In this document: piece after piece, positions 27,801 to 41,175 of the stretch | Layout: each line of letters begins with the position of its first letter | Position numbering within the stretch: the stretch's first letter is position 1 | Origin: the human T2T-CHM13v2.0 reference genome, Homo sapiens | Reading direction: 5' to 3' (one strand) | DNA: 64,000 nucleotides | Assembly (NCBI RefSeq): GCF_009914755.1 | Contig: NC_060934.1 | The notes under the pieces: generated by a model | Database searches by the model: none | What the model saw: only the letters and a program-made list of their open reading frames with translations | What the model was told of the DNA's origin: nothing | Translations under genes and position numbers: made by a program

Positions 27801-28659
27801 TTCTTCTTCTTCAGGGAAGAAGCAGCTGGAAGACTCAACATCTCTTGGCATCCAAGAGCAGAAAGAGGATTACCCTGTCGGCATTTTGGCCCAGTCGGAA
27901 TGGAGTCACCTTTTCCTAAAGGACGTGGGGCACCATTTCTGTTACAACTGGCAGCCAGTCTTCTGCATAGTTCTAAGATGGACTCTCCCTGTGAATGACA
28001 AAAAGGCGCCCCTTCCTCCAAGCCTGCACAGCCTCACACGGGGGTAGGGCTGGGGGAGACGAGGGAAGACTGGGCTTCCAGCCCCTCACTCCTATACAGA
28101 GGCCCTGTCTAAATGCTCCTCCGCCCTCTGTGCCAAGAGCCTCTCCACCTGCCAGGGAAGCTACGCACACTCGGTGAGCGTGCTCCTGGGCCCCCAATGA
28201 GGAGCTAGCTCCCGGCTGCCCCTTGAGGTCATGAAGCCTTGGAAGAAAGAGGAACCATCTACCTGGTGTGTGGCCCGTTCCCCGAACCACATCTTACATC
28301 TTCGGGCCCCTATAGAGACCACTGACGTGGAGCCCCCAAACCCAGAGGAAGAGAGACAGCTTAGCTGCCTCTGAGGACCAGAAAGACACTCCAGGGACAG
28401 GGAGGTGCGTGCCTGGAGAGCCTGTTCCTGGCCATCTAGAGCTCGGAAAGGCAGGCCGCCGCAGCGTACTCTCATCCAGACCTTCACTGATTATAGGTGG
28501 CTCCAAAGCCCACAGCGAGGAATAAACAAACATCTTCAGTAGGTCCTCTGCGCTCATTCCACTTCTAACAAAGCTTAACAGAGTTGATCAGTGATTTTAA
28601 AGTGAGGATAATAAGAAAGAAAACCAAATATCTTGCATGTAGAAGCAAAAGTGTTTCAT

Positions 28660-28910
28660 AATTAACAGCATGGGCACTGGCTCCAGGCTGCCTGGGTTCA
28701 AATCCCAGCTCCCCATAGGGTAGTATTTGGCCTGAGGCAGGTTTCCTGATCTTGCTAGGCTTCACCTGTCTCACCTATAAAGTGGAAATCACATGCATCA
28801 AACCTCATGGGGTTAAAGTGGGAATCACATGCATCAAACCTCATGGGGTTAAAGAGATGATCAGATGAGCTAACACATACAAAGCACTTGGAATGGTGTC
28901 GGATACATGG
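28660..28910 (+). mobile_element. MIR SINE with a 36-bp tandem duplication
   Basis: ctgcctgggttcaaatcccagctcc...; unit taaagtgg(a/g)aatcacatgcatcaaacctcatggggt occurs twice. Confidence 0.8.
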
Positions 28911-30489
28911 AAAGACCTTACTACATCGCAGCAATTTTTAGTTTTACTAAAAATGCTCATCCCTCAGTTGAAATTCTATCTATTCATGAGCAAACCGATC
29001 CATTGCCACTGCTTCCACAAAATTGTTCCAGACTTCTTCAGTTAGAATTTATCCTCTCCTACTCCACTCTGACCCAGCCTCTAATCCAGAATTTATCGCA
29101 TTCTATTTTTCGTACTAGTTATCTGTGGATGTGTCTACAGGTTCAACTGTAATAGGTTACAATCTTCTTGATTACAGGACTGCACTTTATATATCTTTGT
29201 TTCTCCTTGAGTGATTGGCAAAGTTCCTTTATACAGCTCAATAAGTGTTTGTTGAATTGAATAAAATGTAGACAAATATAGGCTAGCTCAGTCATTTTTG
29301 TTCATTTCGGCCCAGGGATCATCTTGTCCAAAGGTGTGAAGTATGTATTCCCTCAGAGCCTCTGAGTCTTTGCTGGACCTTCAAGATGTCACAGGAAAAG
29401 TGGAAGTATTTGCTAAGCATTTCTATGCAGTTGGTATTCATGTGCAATTTACTGCCAAATTAGTATGGGGCTTGCCTGGAATTTATGGATAAGTTCTGAA
29501 CAGCTGGACCAGGTGGGCCCCTGACAGATAAGAGGGCCCAGGGTAATTGATAAAGGGGCCTCCACTCAGGCATCTTTTGTGACAGGTTCTGTAAGTCCTT
29601 TGGCAAGCTGCTCATCATGACAGGAGCTGAATTGTGATGTCTGGAATACTATGGCCGGGGAGGAGAGCGGCAGCTCCAGGAACACTGTCTGGCACGTGAG
29701 CAAGAAAGGAGGAAGGCTCAGGAGCTATAATTGCATCTCAGCGGGTTCTTTTTAGGACCAGCTCTGCTCACCCAATGGGGCAGGACACTGTGAAAGGTCC
29801 CCCAAATCAAGTCTTGTCAGTTTTTCCCCTCTCTGGTAACAGTGGCTACTGCAATGATGTTCCTGCTGTTAAAAAGAAAGCCAGCTGTTTACAGTCTATG
29901 CTGATTTTTTTTTCTGGGATAATCATAATAGCAACTCACCAGGGTACCAACTCAAATTTGAGACTGGGAGAACCCTGGGGAGGGACGTCAGCTCTGAGAC
30001 CCAGAGAGGAACAAGATCTGGTTAGCAAGGAATTATACGCCATTCTTGGAAACATAACTGAGAAATGTTGGCTTTATGGAGTTGGTTTTTGCTATCAAAA
30101 CTGAAACTTGAAATAACTCAACAAGTTCCCTATTGGAATTGATGAGTACCTCACGAGTGTAAATCAGAGTGGCAGGGAACCAATATGCTGTGATCATCAG
30201 TATGTACGGCCTGAGCTGAGGCTGTGCCTAAGACAAAGCAGGGATTCACACCAGCCTGGACTCCAGCCTGCTGCTGTTCCTGATGGGGAGGGGAGGCCTT
30301 TACCACCTCTTCCTGAGGTTTTATATCAGTATCTGAAAGAACTTCAGCCTCTGATCCTGGACTGCTGGGTGGAGTGCCAGAAGGTCAACTCCAACACAGT
30401 CCACCTGATCAAATCACAGAAATAATCACCAGCCCCTCACCCCCTAATTCTGACCAAATGCCCTAGTTGGCACCCATGATGACCTAAGA

Positions 30490-31310
30490 CTTTGCTACGC
30501 AAAGTGTGGCCCATGGGCCAGCAGGAGTGACATCACCTGGGAGGTTGTCACCAATTCAGTATCTCAGGCTCCACTCCTAGACCTAGCCAATGAGAATCTG
30601 CATTTTTAACAAGGTCTCCGGTGACTTGTGTACACAGGAGTGCTTCAGAAGCACTGCTTTGAGCTCCATTTTTTACCAGCTCTGTCACCTTGGTAGCGTT
30701 CCTTTACCCCCTCTCCACCTCAGTTTTTTTCATACAAAGAATGGGAATAAATCCCCCTTTCCTCTTACATCTTACATAGTACATCATTACTCCAATGAGA
30801 CGACAGATGTAAAGAACTTTCTAGTGCTAGGAAACGCAAGTGGCTGCTGTGCACATATCAACCCTTGCTTGCTCTCTGTTCTTCCCATGCACCAAGCTTG
30901 CTCCTGCCCTAGGAATTTCTGCACAAGCTGCTTGCTCCCCATGACACTGGAGTTGATGGCTTCCTCAAGGTTTGCAACATTCTTGACATAGGGACTCTTC
31001 TCCCAGGTCCTTGAGGGCTACCTCCTTTTGTCATTCAAGTCTCAGCTCTAATGTCCTCCCTTCAGAAGGGCCTTTCTGCTCCTCCCAGTCCAAAGCTATG
31101 GTCTCTGTCACTCACTCTGACTTGCTGTCTTCCTATTGCTTACCCCCTCTGAAATGATCTTGCTTATTTGTTGTCTGTTTGGTGGTTCCTTACAAGATTT
31201 CTGTGGAGGCAAGAATATGGGCTGTCTCGTCTACCATTCTTCTTCCAGCCACTAGAACACAGCCTGGCATTTAGCAGGCATCATATGCATCTTGCCCAGT
31301 GATTTGATGA
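30490..31310 (+). mobile_element. Cluster of MER5A, MIR and L2 3' fragment
   Basis: caaagtgtggccc...gaatctgcatttttaacaag; cctcagtttttttcatacaaagaatggg; tcattcaagtctcagctctaatgtc...cctggcatttagcagg. Confidence 0.65.
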
Positions 31311-32004
31311 ATTCACACTGCTGTCTGGAATTGTGTGTGTGATGACCTGTGACTGAGTGAGGAGATGGGGGCAGGGCTGGTCCTCGACTCTGTGTGGATG
31401 TGTCTCAGTGGTGTCCCCTGAAAATGTTATGATCAGAGGGTCTAAGACCTAACTGAAAGCTCCCTCAGAGAAGTTCTTGCTCCAGAGCACTATTTTGCAC
31501 TGGCCAGGAAGCAGGGCGGGGCTCATACTTATGCTTATGTGGCTTTTGAGTTCCGTGATAGTCAAACTGCTAAAGCGTGGTCCTTGAAGGGTGGTCTCCT
31601 GACCAGCAGTGTTAGCCCCACTCTGGACATGCTCAGTTAGACCCTGTGTGGATAGGGTCGTGCAATCTGTTCCAACAAACCCTCTGTGTGATTCCGATAT
31701 ACCCCACCCGAACCACCGTGGGGAAGGAACAAGAGAATCCTTGTCTTTGCCCAAGCTCTGGTCTAGGCAGCACCTTAAGGGCATCAGGCTTTGGTGTCCC
31801 ATCAGGAGCTGGAGAGTGAATGGAAGCAAGGACTGATGTCACATGCTGCTGGTCATTTTGCTTTTCTTCTTTCGGCCCTTACATGAGTCCCCCTGATTGC
31901 TGGGCTGGAAGTGGGAGACAGTTGGTGGGCACTGAGTGATTCTTCTTTTACCAGTGTTTTTTTAGAGTAAGTCAGGCTGATTTAATTTTAATCAGCTGAG
32001 GCAG

Positions 32005-32590
32005 CAGAGCGGTGGTTCTCAGCCCTGGCTGCACTTTAGAATCACCTGGAGTGCTTTAAGATACTACTGAACCTTGGGTCCCACCCCAGTCCGATTAAAT
32101 CCAAATGTCTCTGGGGTGGAGCTTGTCACCAGTATTTTTTTTTGAAGGGTCCCCAGATGGTTCTAACCTGCAGCAGGGGCTGAGAAGCACTGCAGTATTG
32201 TCAAACACCATCTCTCCCAAGCTTGCCTGATGATAAAAATAACGAGGGGCACTTGGTAAAACTACCAATTCCCAGGTTCTTCCCCAGATCGCTCAGTCAG
32301 AGAAGCTCCAAGGGCCTGGGGGCTGTCTCTTCAACAAACGCCCGGGGCCACTCTTTTAACCAAGCTTGGGACACACTGGTCCAATGGCCTGTGTAAGCTC
32401 TGGGACTGAATTCTAGCTCTGCAGTTTAAAGCAACCCCAGGAAAGTTTCTTAAATCTTTGTTTGCTCATTCATAAAATGGAGAAAACAGTAGTATCAATT
32501 CCAAAGGATTGCTAAGGATAAATTAGAAGATTCATGTAAAGTGCTCAGGGCAATGCCAGGCACACAGTCGGTGCTCAATGACTGTTACTT
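32005..32590. mobile_element. Two MER5-type MITEs followed by MIR
   Basis: gtggttctcagccctggctgcactttagaatcacctgg; aagcttgcctgatgataaaaat; catgtaaagtgctcagggcaatgccaggcacacag. Confidence 0.7.
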
Positions 32591-33199
32591 GGCACACCCA
32601 CCCTCATATAAGGTAGGTTCTGAGAAGCTGTTTTTAACAATGCACTTGCTTTTATTTTAGTTTTGGGCAGATTTTGGACCTGCCCTTGTACATGGGCAAA
32701 GTTTGGACATGGTCCATTTAAATCAGGGAGATGTCTACAGTTTGCTTCTAAGCCTCCAAAACCTCTAATACTATATTATACACTCCAAGAGTCCCATACC
32801 TGCTAACTGTAGGGTGGCTTTTAATCCACCATCAGTAGTGGCTGTGAGGAAGTCCTGGGATCCACTTCCACAAAACGTTACACTTGGGTGCTTGGGACTA
32901 ATGAGGTGATAGTGTCACAGGAGCAAACCAGGCTGAAGTTGAAGACATTCGATCATGTAGTCCAACCTCCTCATGCCACAGCTCAGAGGTAGAGGAAGAA
33001 GGCTTTTAATTTCCATCACACTGACATGAACTTAGACACGGAGGCACCTATGCACCAGAGCAGAGGCTCAGAGAAGTCTGGCACAAATAAGAGATGGAAA
33101 AATGACCCCACGGAGGTGTCTAGTATTCCCCCAATATTTAAAAACATAGATTTAAGTGCCACACACATGCACAGAGTTGTCACTGGCTCCCTTGCTATT

Positions 33200-35460
33200 C
33201 TTGGATGGAGAGCGGCTGAATAAGAATGAATCTGTTGCTGAGCTCTGGAAAGCGCATTTCAGAAACCTTCTCAGTTAAGACAATTATTGAGGAACATGTT
33301 TCCAATTCCACCCTGCAATATCAGACAGAAGAATCTGCAGAATCCCTGTGATTCTTGACAAGGTGCAGGAAATCATCAAACAGCTGAAAAAATAAGGCAC
33401 CTGGAGCCAGTGGAATTTCTGCTAAAATTTTCCCAATTAGGTGAAGAGAAACACATAATTGTTCCCCTTGTTCTCATCCTGAAGATCTGAAATGCTGAAA
33501 AAAATTCTTGTGTGACCCTATGGATCCTATAATTATGATCATTAAAAGTCTTTCCTGATTATAAAAAAAAGTGTGCAGATTTTACAAAAATTAGAAACAA
33601 ACAGAAAGACGTAAGGAAGAAAATAAAATTAACCTCTAAACCATCCACCTAGGATAGCGTTTAATACTTCAGTGTATTTCCTTCTCATCCCTTTCCTGTG
33701 AATATTTAAATGTTTTGCAAAGTTGGGATTCTGCTGTATCAAGTTTTATATTATGCTTCTTTCCCTTAGTTATGATATCATAAATATTTCTCCATGTCCT
33801 TAAATATTATTTGAAAAGAATTCTTAATGACCACATAATATCTCATCACATTGATGTTCCATAATTTACTTAACCATTTTGTTATTAACAGATATTAAAG
33901 TTGCTTCTGGTTTTTTTGCTCTTATAAATATGCACAACAAATAGCCTTGCACATAATTTTCTGACCTTATATTTCTGATTATTTTGCTAGGACAAAGTTA
34001 TAGAAGTAGAATTACAGAGTCAAAAGGGCTGTGCATTTTTTAGGCTCTTTGTACCTTTTGCAAATTTCTTCCCAAATTTTTGAACTCCCACTAATAGTTT
34101 ATGAAAATGTCCATCTCATCACATCTTTGTCAATATTGAGTAGTATAATCTACCTAACTTTTGCCAGTTTTGTTAATAAAAACAAGAGTCTGATTTTATG
34201 CCACATCTTGAAAATTCTTAGTTGAAGTCATGTATTGTTTTCATGTCTATTGGCCATCTGCATCTCTTCTTTTGTGAATTACTGGTTATGATTATTTTAA
34301 GAATTCATATACAAAGTGAAACTGCACCTACCACATTACAGGAAATCCCTGTACATGAGCTGTCCCTTCCAGCATCTCACTGTGGCTTTAAGTCATGTAC
34401 ACTTAGCCTCATAAATGGCTACTTTCACCTCTTGCCAATGGCAAGAAAAATTCAGAAACCATAATCCTATTCTTTCATACCTTATCTGATTTCATAAAAG
34501 CTTCTGACTCACTCAAATGATAGCTAGTGTTAGAAGATGCTCATCAATACAAATGTCCACCAAAATCTGTCAAGATAGAGTTATTTTCTCTATGATGCGG
34601 TCTAGGCAGGAATCTTTGATAATACGAACACTTTCTGACCCTTCAAGGTCAACACAAAGTCAAACAAGGTTGGGTTTCAGTCTAAAACTCCTTGACATTT
34701 CTTTTTCTGCGGAAAGTTATGTCCCTAACCATCTTCCAGCATGAAGTTAAATCAGTCAGTGGACAGTAAATCTCTGCTGACTCTGAGGGAGAAGTAAAAC
34801 CCACTCTGATCTAATCAAATCTAATCATCAAGCTCAAAAATGCTGCTGCTGCTGCTTTAATTTCAGTAACAGATCTTCACACAACTGTCAACATCATTAC
34901 CAAAACACATCAGAAAATTGGATGAAAGCGCAACACGTAGACAATCATAATCCCCATCATCAATCTCTAGCGGTCCCCAGTTGACAATTCAGATTAGGGG
35001 GTGAGCCTCTAGGGGACACACTTCGCAAATCAACTTCACAAAAGAGTAATATTAACCCCAGAAGCGCCGCAATTGTGTAAATTCAGGTACTGGCCAACTG
35101 AAAAATAGGAATTGAAGGAGCATCACATTTGAACAAAGTTTGTGGTCTAGCCTGTTATGGAGGACCTGACACAGACCACTAAGAATTGAAGAAAGTGGGA
35201 AAGTTGTTGCCTATGGAAAGATTTTCAAAAACACAGAGTAAATTAACAAACAGCTTTTTAATTTTTTTAAACAAACAACTTTTGACGAGCAAAAGCCAAC
35301 AGCATTTAGCGATGGTCAGTTGCTAGCAATTCTGCTGGGTAAACCATGTGAACCTTCAATTCTAGACTCTCAAGATGACTCTGATATGCTAACGTGGTGA
35401 CTGAGTGTGCTCAGGAGAATGGCAAAACAATATTTTAGAGAATAAGCACCAAACAAGTAT
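33200..35460 (+). mobile_element. Ancient RTE-X (L4-like) LINE ORF fossil, split by L1ME
   Basis: Ordered decayed motifs: NKAPGASGISAKIF (33391-33432), LPASHCGF (34366-34389), QEKFRNHN (34442-34465), DFIKASDSL (34488-34514), KCPPKSVKI (34551-34577), VKQGWV (34659-34676), QFCWVNHV (35327-35350). Confidence 0.8.
33540..34285 (-). mobile_element. L1ME 3' fragment
   Basis: ccataatttacttaaccatttt...tagaagtagaattacagagtcaaaggg...ttggccatctgcatctcttcttttgtgaatt. Confidence 0.75.
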
Positions 35461-36639
35461 GAAACATGCCAAAGGGCAATGGTGATGCCCACTACAGGGA
35501 GGAAGTCTACCTTTGGAGAAAGCCCACCAGTAGACTCTCCTCAGTTACCAGGGAAGCCACAGAGAGAGTTATGGAATGCCCTGGAATGCCCTTAGAAGTC
35601 ATCCCACTCACCCATAAATACTTAGTGAGCACCTACACTGTGCTTACATTCAAGAAGACAGGTTTAGAGAGGTTAAATAATCTGTCCAAGGTCAGACAGA
35701 CAGTTAAAGCCAAGACATCTACTGAAAAACTAGCATTTCAATTTTTTATGACAAGAGATAGAAAAAGAATGTTTGACAGAAATGAGTTACAGAACAAATA
35801 AATAATCCAAGACTGTCTTAGAGCCTGCCAAAAGTAGAGATTCTCCTCTCCCTCCCCTCATTGGGTTGTGCTCTTTTGATCACAAAGAGATAGAAATTTC
35901 AAGACACCAAGGGACAGAAATCAATTCTGAGAGCTTCATTCTTCCTTTGTTTCTCTATCAAAAGACACATCAAGAACTACCACATTTCTTCTTCCTTGTG
36001 TCTGAAAGTAGAATTCTTCTACTGTTGAAATGATCCAGGACCCTAGGCCTGGCAATGGCATAGTGGTAGAAGACAGAAGATTCATCTATTCCTCTGGCCT
36101 ATGTGTGTGGGTGTGGCCGGGTGACCATATCAAGATGCGGGTGAAGTAGGGTGTGTTCCACCCACTCTCTTGTTTCCATCTGGGGCCTGCAGTGTCATCC
36201 AAAAATACGTATGCATATAACACACAGCATACACACATTTTTTTATTTTGGGAAACCTAATGGCAAATATTTTTCTAATCTAAAAGAAAGTTAAGAAGCA
36301 AGGAAACATGATGCCTATGCAAGGGGCTTTAACCAGAGGTTTGCCAATGGATGTTACATGTTCTCCTATTTTAGATTTCAGCCCATCCTTGGGCAAAGGA
36401 CACACATCTTGCTTAAGAGGAAGAGACAACAGCCACTGCTTGTTAAACCTCATCTGCTTCCCATGTGAAGGCGAAAATCCCTACATGGCTATGTCTGAGG
36501 GGTGGGGCAGGGTCTCAGACTGCATGTAGAGAATTTTCCAAAGGCTCTTAAAACACTCTAGCTCTCAGGCTTGGAAACGTGTCTCCAGCATGGAGTGTGA
36601 CTTCTAGATAATGAGATGGGCTATTTAATAAATATATTG

Positions 36640-36945
36640 GAATCCATCCATCCAAATGAGTGTCCCTCCCCCATCTGAGCAGTCATCAGAGATGCCAGAT
36701 ATTTATCCCAAGGTTGCTGCCATTGTTCCAGACACTTTGGGGCCTCTCTTGAGAATTTTCTGCAAATCCATGCCACATTATTTGGAATAAGCACAATGGT
36801 GGCAGAGCCCCATCCTGCAGAGCTGAATTTTATTTTTGGAAACAGTCAAGAAGCTTTTTGGCATTTGTAGCCAAGCTCGGTGAATAACCAGCTGATTGAG
36901 CTGGTAATGTTGTTTTGGGTCCAAATTGAAGCATGGTTACAGGGT
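36640..36945. mobile_element. MARNA-like mariner fossil
   Basis: tgctgccattgttccagacactttgg...aatggtggcagagcc...tttttggaaacagtcaagaag...gccaagctcggtgaataa. Confidence 0.7.
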
Positions 36946-37094
36946 CTGGTGTTCTTGCATGACGTGGAAACAAGGCTCCCAAGGTCATCTCAAATGCAAA
37001 ACTCCTGCACTCTTTGAGGGTTGGCAGCACCACTGAACCAGGTACATGACCTTCCAGACCCCTCTGTAAAGACAACTTGTTTGGGCACGTGATG

Positions 37095-37575
37095 CTCAGT
37101 GGGATTCTTTGATTGTAAGCAACAGAAGCTGAGTCTGTCTGACTTACGTGAAAAGGAAATTGACTGGCAGGGCTATGGGGGAGCTCACTAGTTCAAAGGG
37201 AAGGCCGAAGGACCAGGTTAGGAAAAGGCAGCTCAAGAAGGAGCCAGAACCTTCTGACAGCCTAGCTCTGGTGCTGCAGTGAAAATAACTAAATTTCAAA
37301 CAATTCTTCAATCCTTGCATTGCTCTGCCCAAAAATGAAAGACTCAGAGGAGACTGTAATTGGGTGCATGTCAGACTTGTGCCCAACTCGTGGCTCCACC
37401 CCTTGGCCAGAACTTCCAGGGATTGTTTCGGCTTGTGTAGAGTAAAGGGCAGTATTCCTTGATTACCATTTTTCTGAAACTGCCCACAAAAGGGGAGAAG
37501 CAATTACCTACTAGTAAAGAAAGGAAGAGAGAATAGATGCTAGGCACCAAAAAATGACAAATTTGAACCATAGCT
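37095..37575 (-). mobile_element. MLT1 (K/L-like) LTR
   Basis: gggattcttttgattgtaagcaacagaagctgagtctgtctgactta. Confidence 0.65.
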
Positions 37576-39119
37576 AAGCCCTGTTATTCTTCTTCCTACT
37601 ACTCTATAATATTATGTATAAGAATTTTTGCTCTATTTGTCAACATTTTTCTCACGTTGTAAATTACATTGGCCTCATTAGCCATCACCAGTTCCATGAG
37701 CTGATGGAATCTTTCTTCTTTATCTCATAGCTCCTAAAAAATACACCAGTCTATGGGCTGCTCCATCTTCTCCAGATGGAACTAGACCCTGCTCCTTTCC
37801 CTCAGAGCACTCATGAAGCCAGCAGCCAGCTTCGTTCTTCTCCTTGTCCTAATGAAGAGAGCAGGTGCTCTTCCTGCTTGCGGTATGCCTGCTACAGCCA
37901 CCTCTGGCAGTCACATGGAGGCCAACTGTGCATCTGTCACTGTGGATGAGCCGGGGCATGCATGAGAACAGCCTTTGGTCATCCCAGAGGTGCACTTGCC
38001 TCTGCAAAGTGCCGAGGCCTCCTGTGTAGTCCAATTGTGCTTGCTCCCAAGAAAACCAGCCACAGCCTATGCAGAGAAGAATCACCCTTCAACCCCTGCA
38101 CACAGAGGGAAAACCACGTGCATGCATCTGGACCATTATTAACATGTAAGCCAGGTCCTGAGACAGTAGCTGGCCCACCCATCCCAGCCTGTCCTGCACT
38201 GAAATAAGAACTCACTTTGTGAACTGCCAAGAGCTCTGGGGATCCCATTTGACCTCAGTGTCCCTGGCCAGCAAGGGACAGAAGGCCACAACCTCCCTAT
38301 TGAGGATCTTTGAGAAGTTATTCCAAGCCAGAGCACCAATGCGGACCACAATAGCTGCAACAGCCTCTAAAATGCTGTTTATGTAGGTTCTGAGAGCGAT
38401 CAAAGCTGCAATGTGTGGGAAAAGGGCTGGGCTCTGGGAAGGAGGAAGGGTAAAGGGAAGATGAGGCTGTGTCTCAGATGGCCCAGGACTGGGAGGGAGG
38501 CCGCTTGGGGATGAAATGCACCAAGGGCAGGGACTGGGCTCCCAAACAGACTGCCACCACACCGGGGAGAGGAGAGCTCTAGCATTTGAAGCCAAGACCT
38601 TTGCAAGCACTCTCAGGGGGTCCTCTAAGCCTCAATTCCCTAGCCTGTGAAACCAGGGGAGACCTTCCTTTAGTGGTTTGATCTATCAGAGACAACACAT
38701 GCGAATCATCCAGCCTGGGGCCCATGGGCACTCAATGAAGGGCAGCCCTTCCTTCGTGAGATGTCAATGTTATCTAGAGCAGTACTTTCCAACGTTAAGA
38801 TGTCATGGCACAGTGAACTTTCAAAAACAACCTTGAGAGCACTCATGCAGGATTGCGAGTGTTTTATTTTGCCAACTGAGGACAATACAAAAAACAAAGC
38901 AAAACCCCCATCATCTATGATATAACCATAAAAATACTTTTCAACACCAGAAAAACAAGAATTACAAAATCTTAGAATTGAAAAATCAGTCCTTTAAATA
39001 ATTTTAGCGTTATGAAAATATTATTAGTACATCATTCTTATTTAGTTAATTTTGCTACAAGATGACAACAATTTCATTCAGACTGGCCCTGCCCTGCTTT
39101 GGGAACCAGGGGCAGGAAG

Positions 39120-39330
39120 GAAAAGTCTGGGCCTTGGTGCCAAACAGGCCACAACCACCTCCCGGCTCTGACCCTTACTAACTGGGTGACCTTCAGCGAG
39201 AGATCTGCCCTCCTGTTCTCACTTTTCTCTTTTATAAATCAGAAACAGTAGCATCTCCTTCGTAAATAAGATTATGTGTAAAGGGCAAAGCACAGAGTTT
39301 GGTACATTGCAGGTGCTCATTAAATACTAA
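39120..39330 (+). mobile_element. MIR SINE
   Basis: cccggctctgacccttactaactgggtgaccttcagcgag...gtgctcattaaatact. Confidence 0.7.
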
Positions 39331-40004
39331 TGCCAGAGTGTCCTGAGGTTTGAGAGAGGGCTGGGTCACTTCCAGATTCTGAGACTCTCAGTATATTAAG
39401 AAATGAAGAAATGCCAAAACAGAGTTGCCAAAATCATTCATATCATTTAAAGATATCACAAGAAAAAATATCTGAAACACATGCACACACAAATACAATG
39501 GTTGTATATACAGCCTTATGAATCTCGCATTTGAGAGAGTAAGGTTGGAGCCAGTAGCCCCTTGGTCCCCAGAGACATGCCCTGGTTGGCTCCTTTATAA
39601 GCCATGGCTCTCATGGATGACACACTCTGAGACACTGACTTTACTCATCTGTATTCCTTTGTTCTTTTCCCGACTGGGGTTCATGTGGAATATTTCTCTA
39701 GGCCTCCCTTCCTTTAATTCATAATTCTGAGCATGAGATTTTCTTGGAAATCTAGCTGGTGTCTTCTTTGCATCACTGGATCTCAATAGGTTTCAAAAGG
39801 ACTAAAATTGAGGGTTAGAAGGAAAGATAAATGGGTGCTGAAGTGGATGATTTAACCAGGGGATTCCAGGGCAACCAAGGAAGGGAAAGGGGTCTGTGCT
39901 GGAGAAGGCATGCCAACAGCAGGCTGCAAGATTTTCCCTGTGAGCGGCGTTTATGTGCACGAGTGTGCATCATCTACATGCACCTACTTTCCTACAGAAA
40001 TTCA

Positions 40005-40150
40005 AATATCCTGTTTCTTTGTTTATTGCTGTCTCTCCCATTAGAATGTCAGCTCCATGACAGCAGGGACCATGTACCTCTTGGCCATCCCTGTGTCTCT
40101 AGCGCTGAATACACATAGGTGCTCAATAAATGTTTCCTGAATGAGTGACT
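40005..40150 (+). mobile_element. L2 3' end
   Basis: tagaatgtcagctccatgacagcagggac...taggtgctcaataaatgtttcctgaatgagtga. Confidence 0.85.
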
Positions 40151-40151
40151 A

Positions 40152-40673
40152 TGTCATGATTATGTGTCTGCTCAGCACTCTTCCATCTTGGATCTAGGAA
40201 CAGACCCCCTTTGCATTTGAAGATCAATCCTACCCCCTTTCCCAACCACACAATGTCCCTGAAACACAGGGATGGGCATATGGTCACCCAGAATTCTTTT
40301 CTTGTAATTGGAACTTTCTCTCTGGTGGTCAGGCTGGGAAGATATATGCCAGGATTGCCAGCAGTTTTGGTGCCAGACTTATGGAGAAAGATGCTCTGAA
40401 ATAATTAAGTGGACAGGCCAAGGCACAGACATGGGGATGAGAAGCAGGGACACAGAGAGCGATCCTGGCCACATTTGGTCTCTGGCTCCTGTCTGTCCTG
40501 ACAGCCCCTGCTGTCCCTTTGCTGCTTTCTCAAGGCTCAGTTAATCTGGTCTTAACTTTGAGTTCTGTGTGTGCCCCAGTATGCCTCCTCTAGATCCTCT
40601 CTTTTTTGGGGTGGGGAGGGGTGGGTAGCAAACAGTTTCTTCTATTGCAATCAAAAGAGTTCTGACTAATCCA
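40152..40673 (+). mobile_element. Old MaLR/ERVL LTR (MLT1J/K-like)
   Basis: 3' end gtttcttctattgcaatcaaaagagttctgactaatcca. Confidence 0.5.
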
Positions 40674-40781
40674 GTTCATTAAAGATGAAGATTAACCAAA
40701 AAGTAGCACTCAGACATTTGCAGATGGGTAAGACTCTGAACGATCTCATGGGTAGACACAAGGTGGGACAGTAAGAAATTA

Positions 40782-41085
<304 letters not shown>

Positions 41086-41175
41086 GAAATTATGATGGCA
41101 GTACTGGCTAATATCTGAGTACTTTCCACATGTCAGACATAGGACCAAGCATTTTGTGTGCATTATTTTAACTAT

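Noticed and set aside
27191-28557. Many overlapping Arg/Gly/Pro-rich ORFs on both strands
   Set aside because: Expected by-product of CpG-island composition; no recognisable domain
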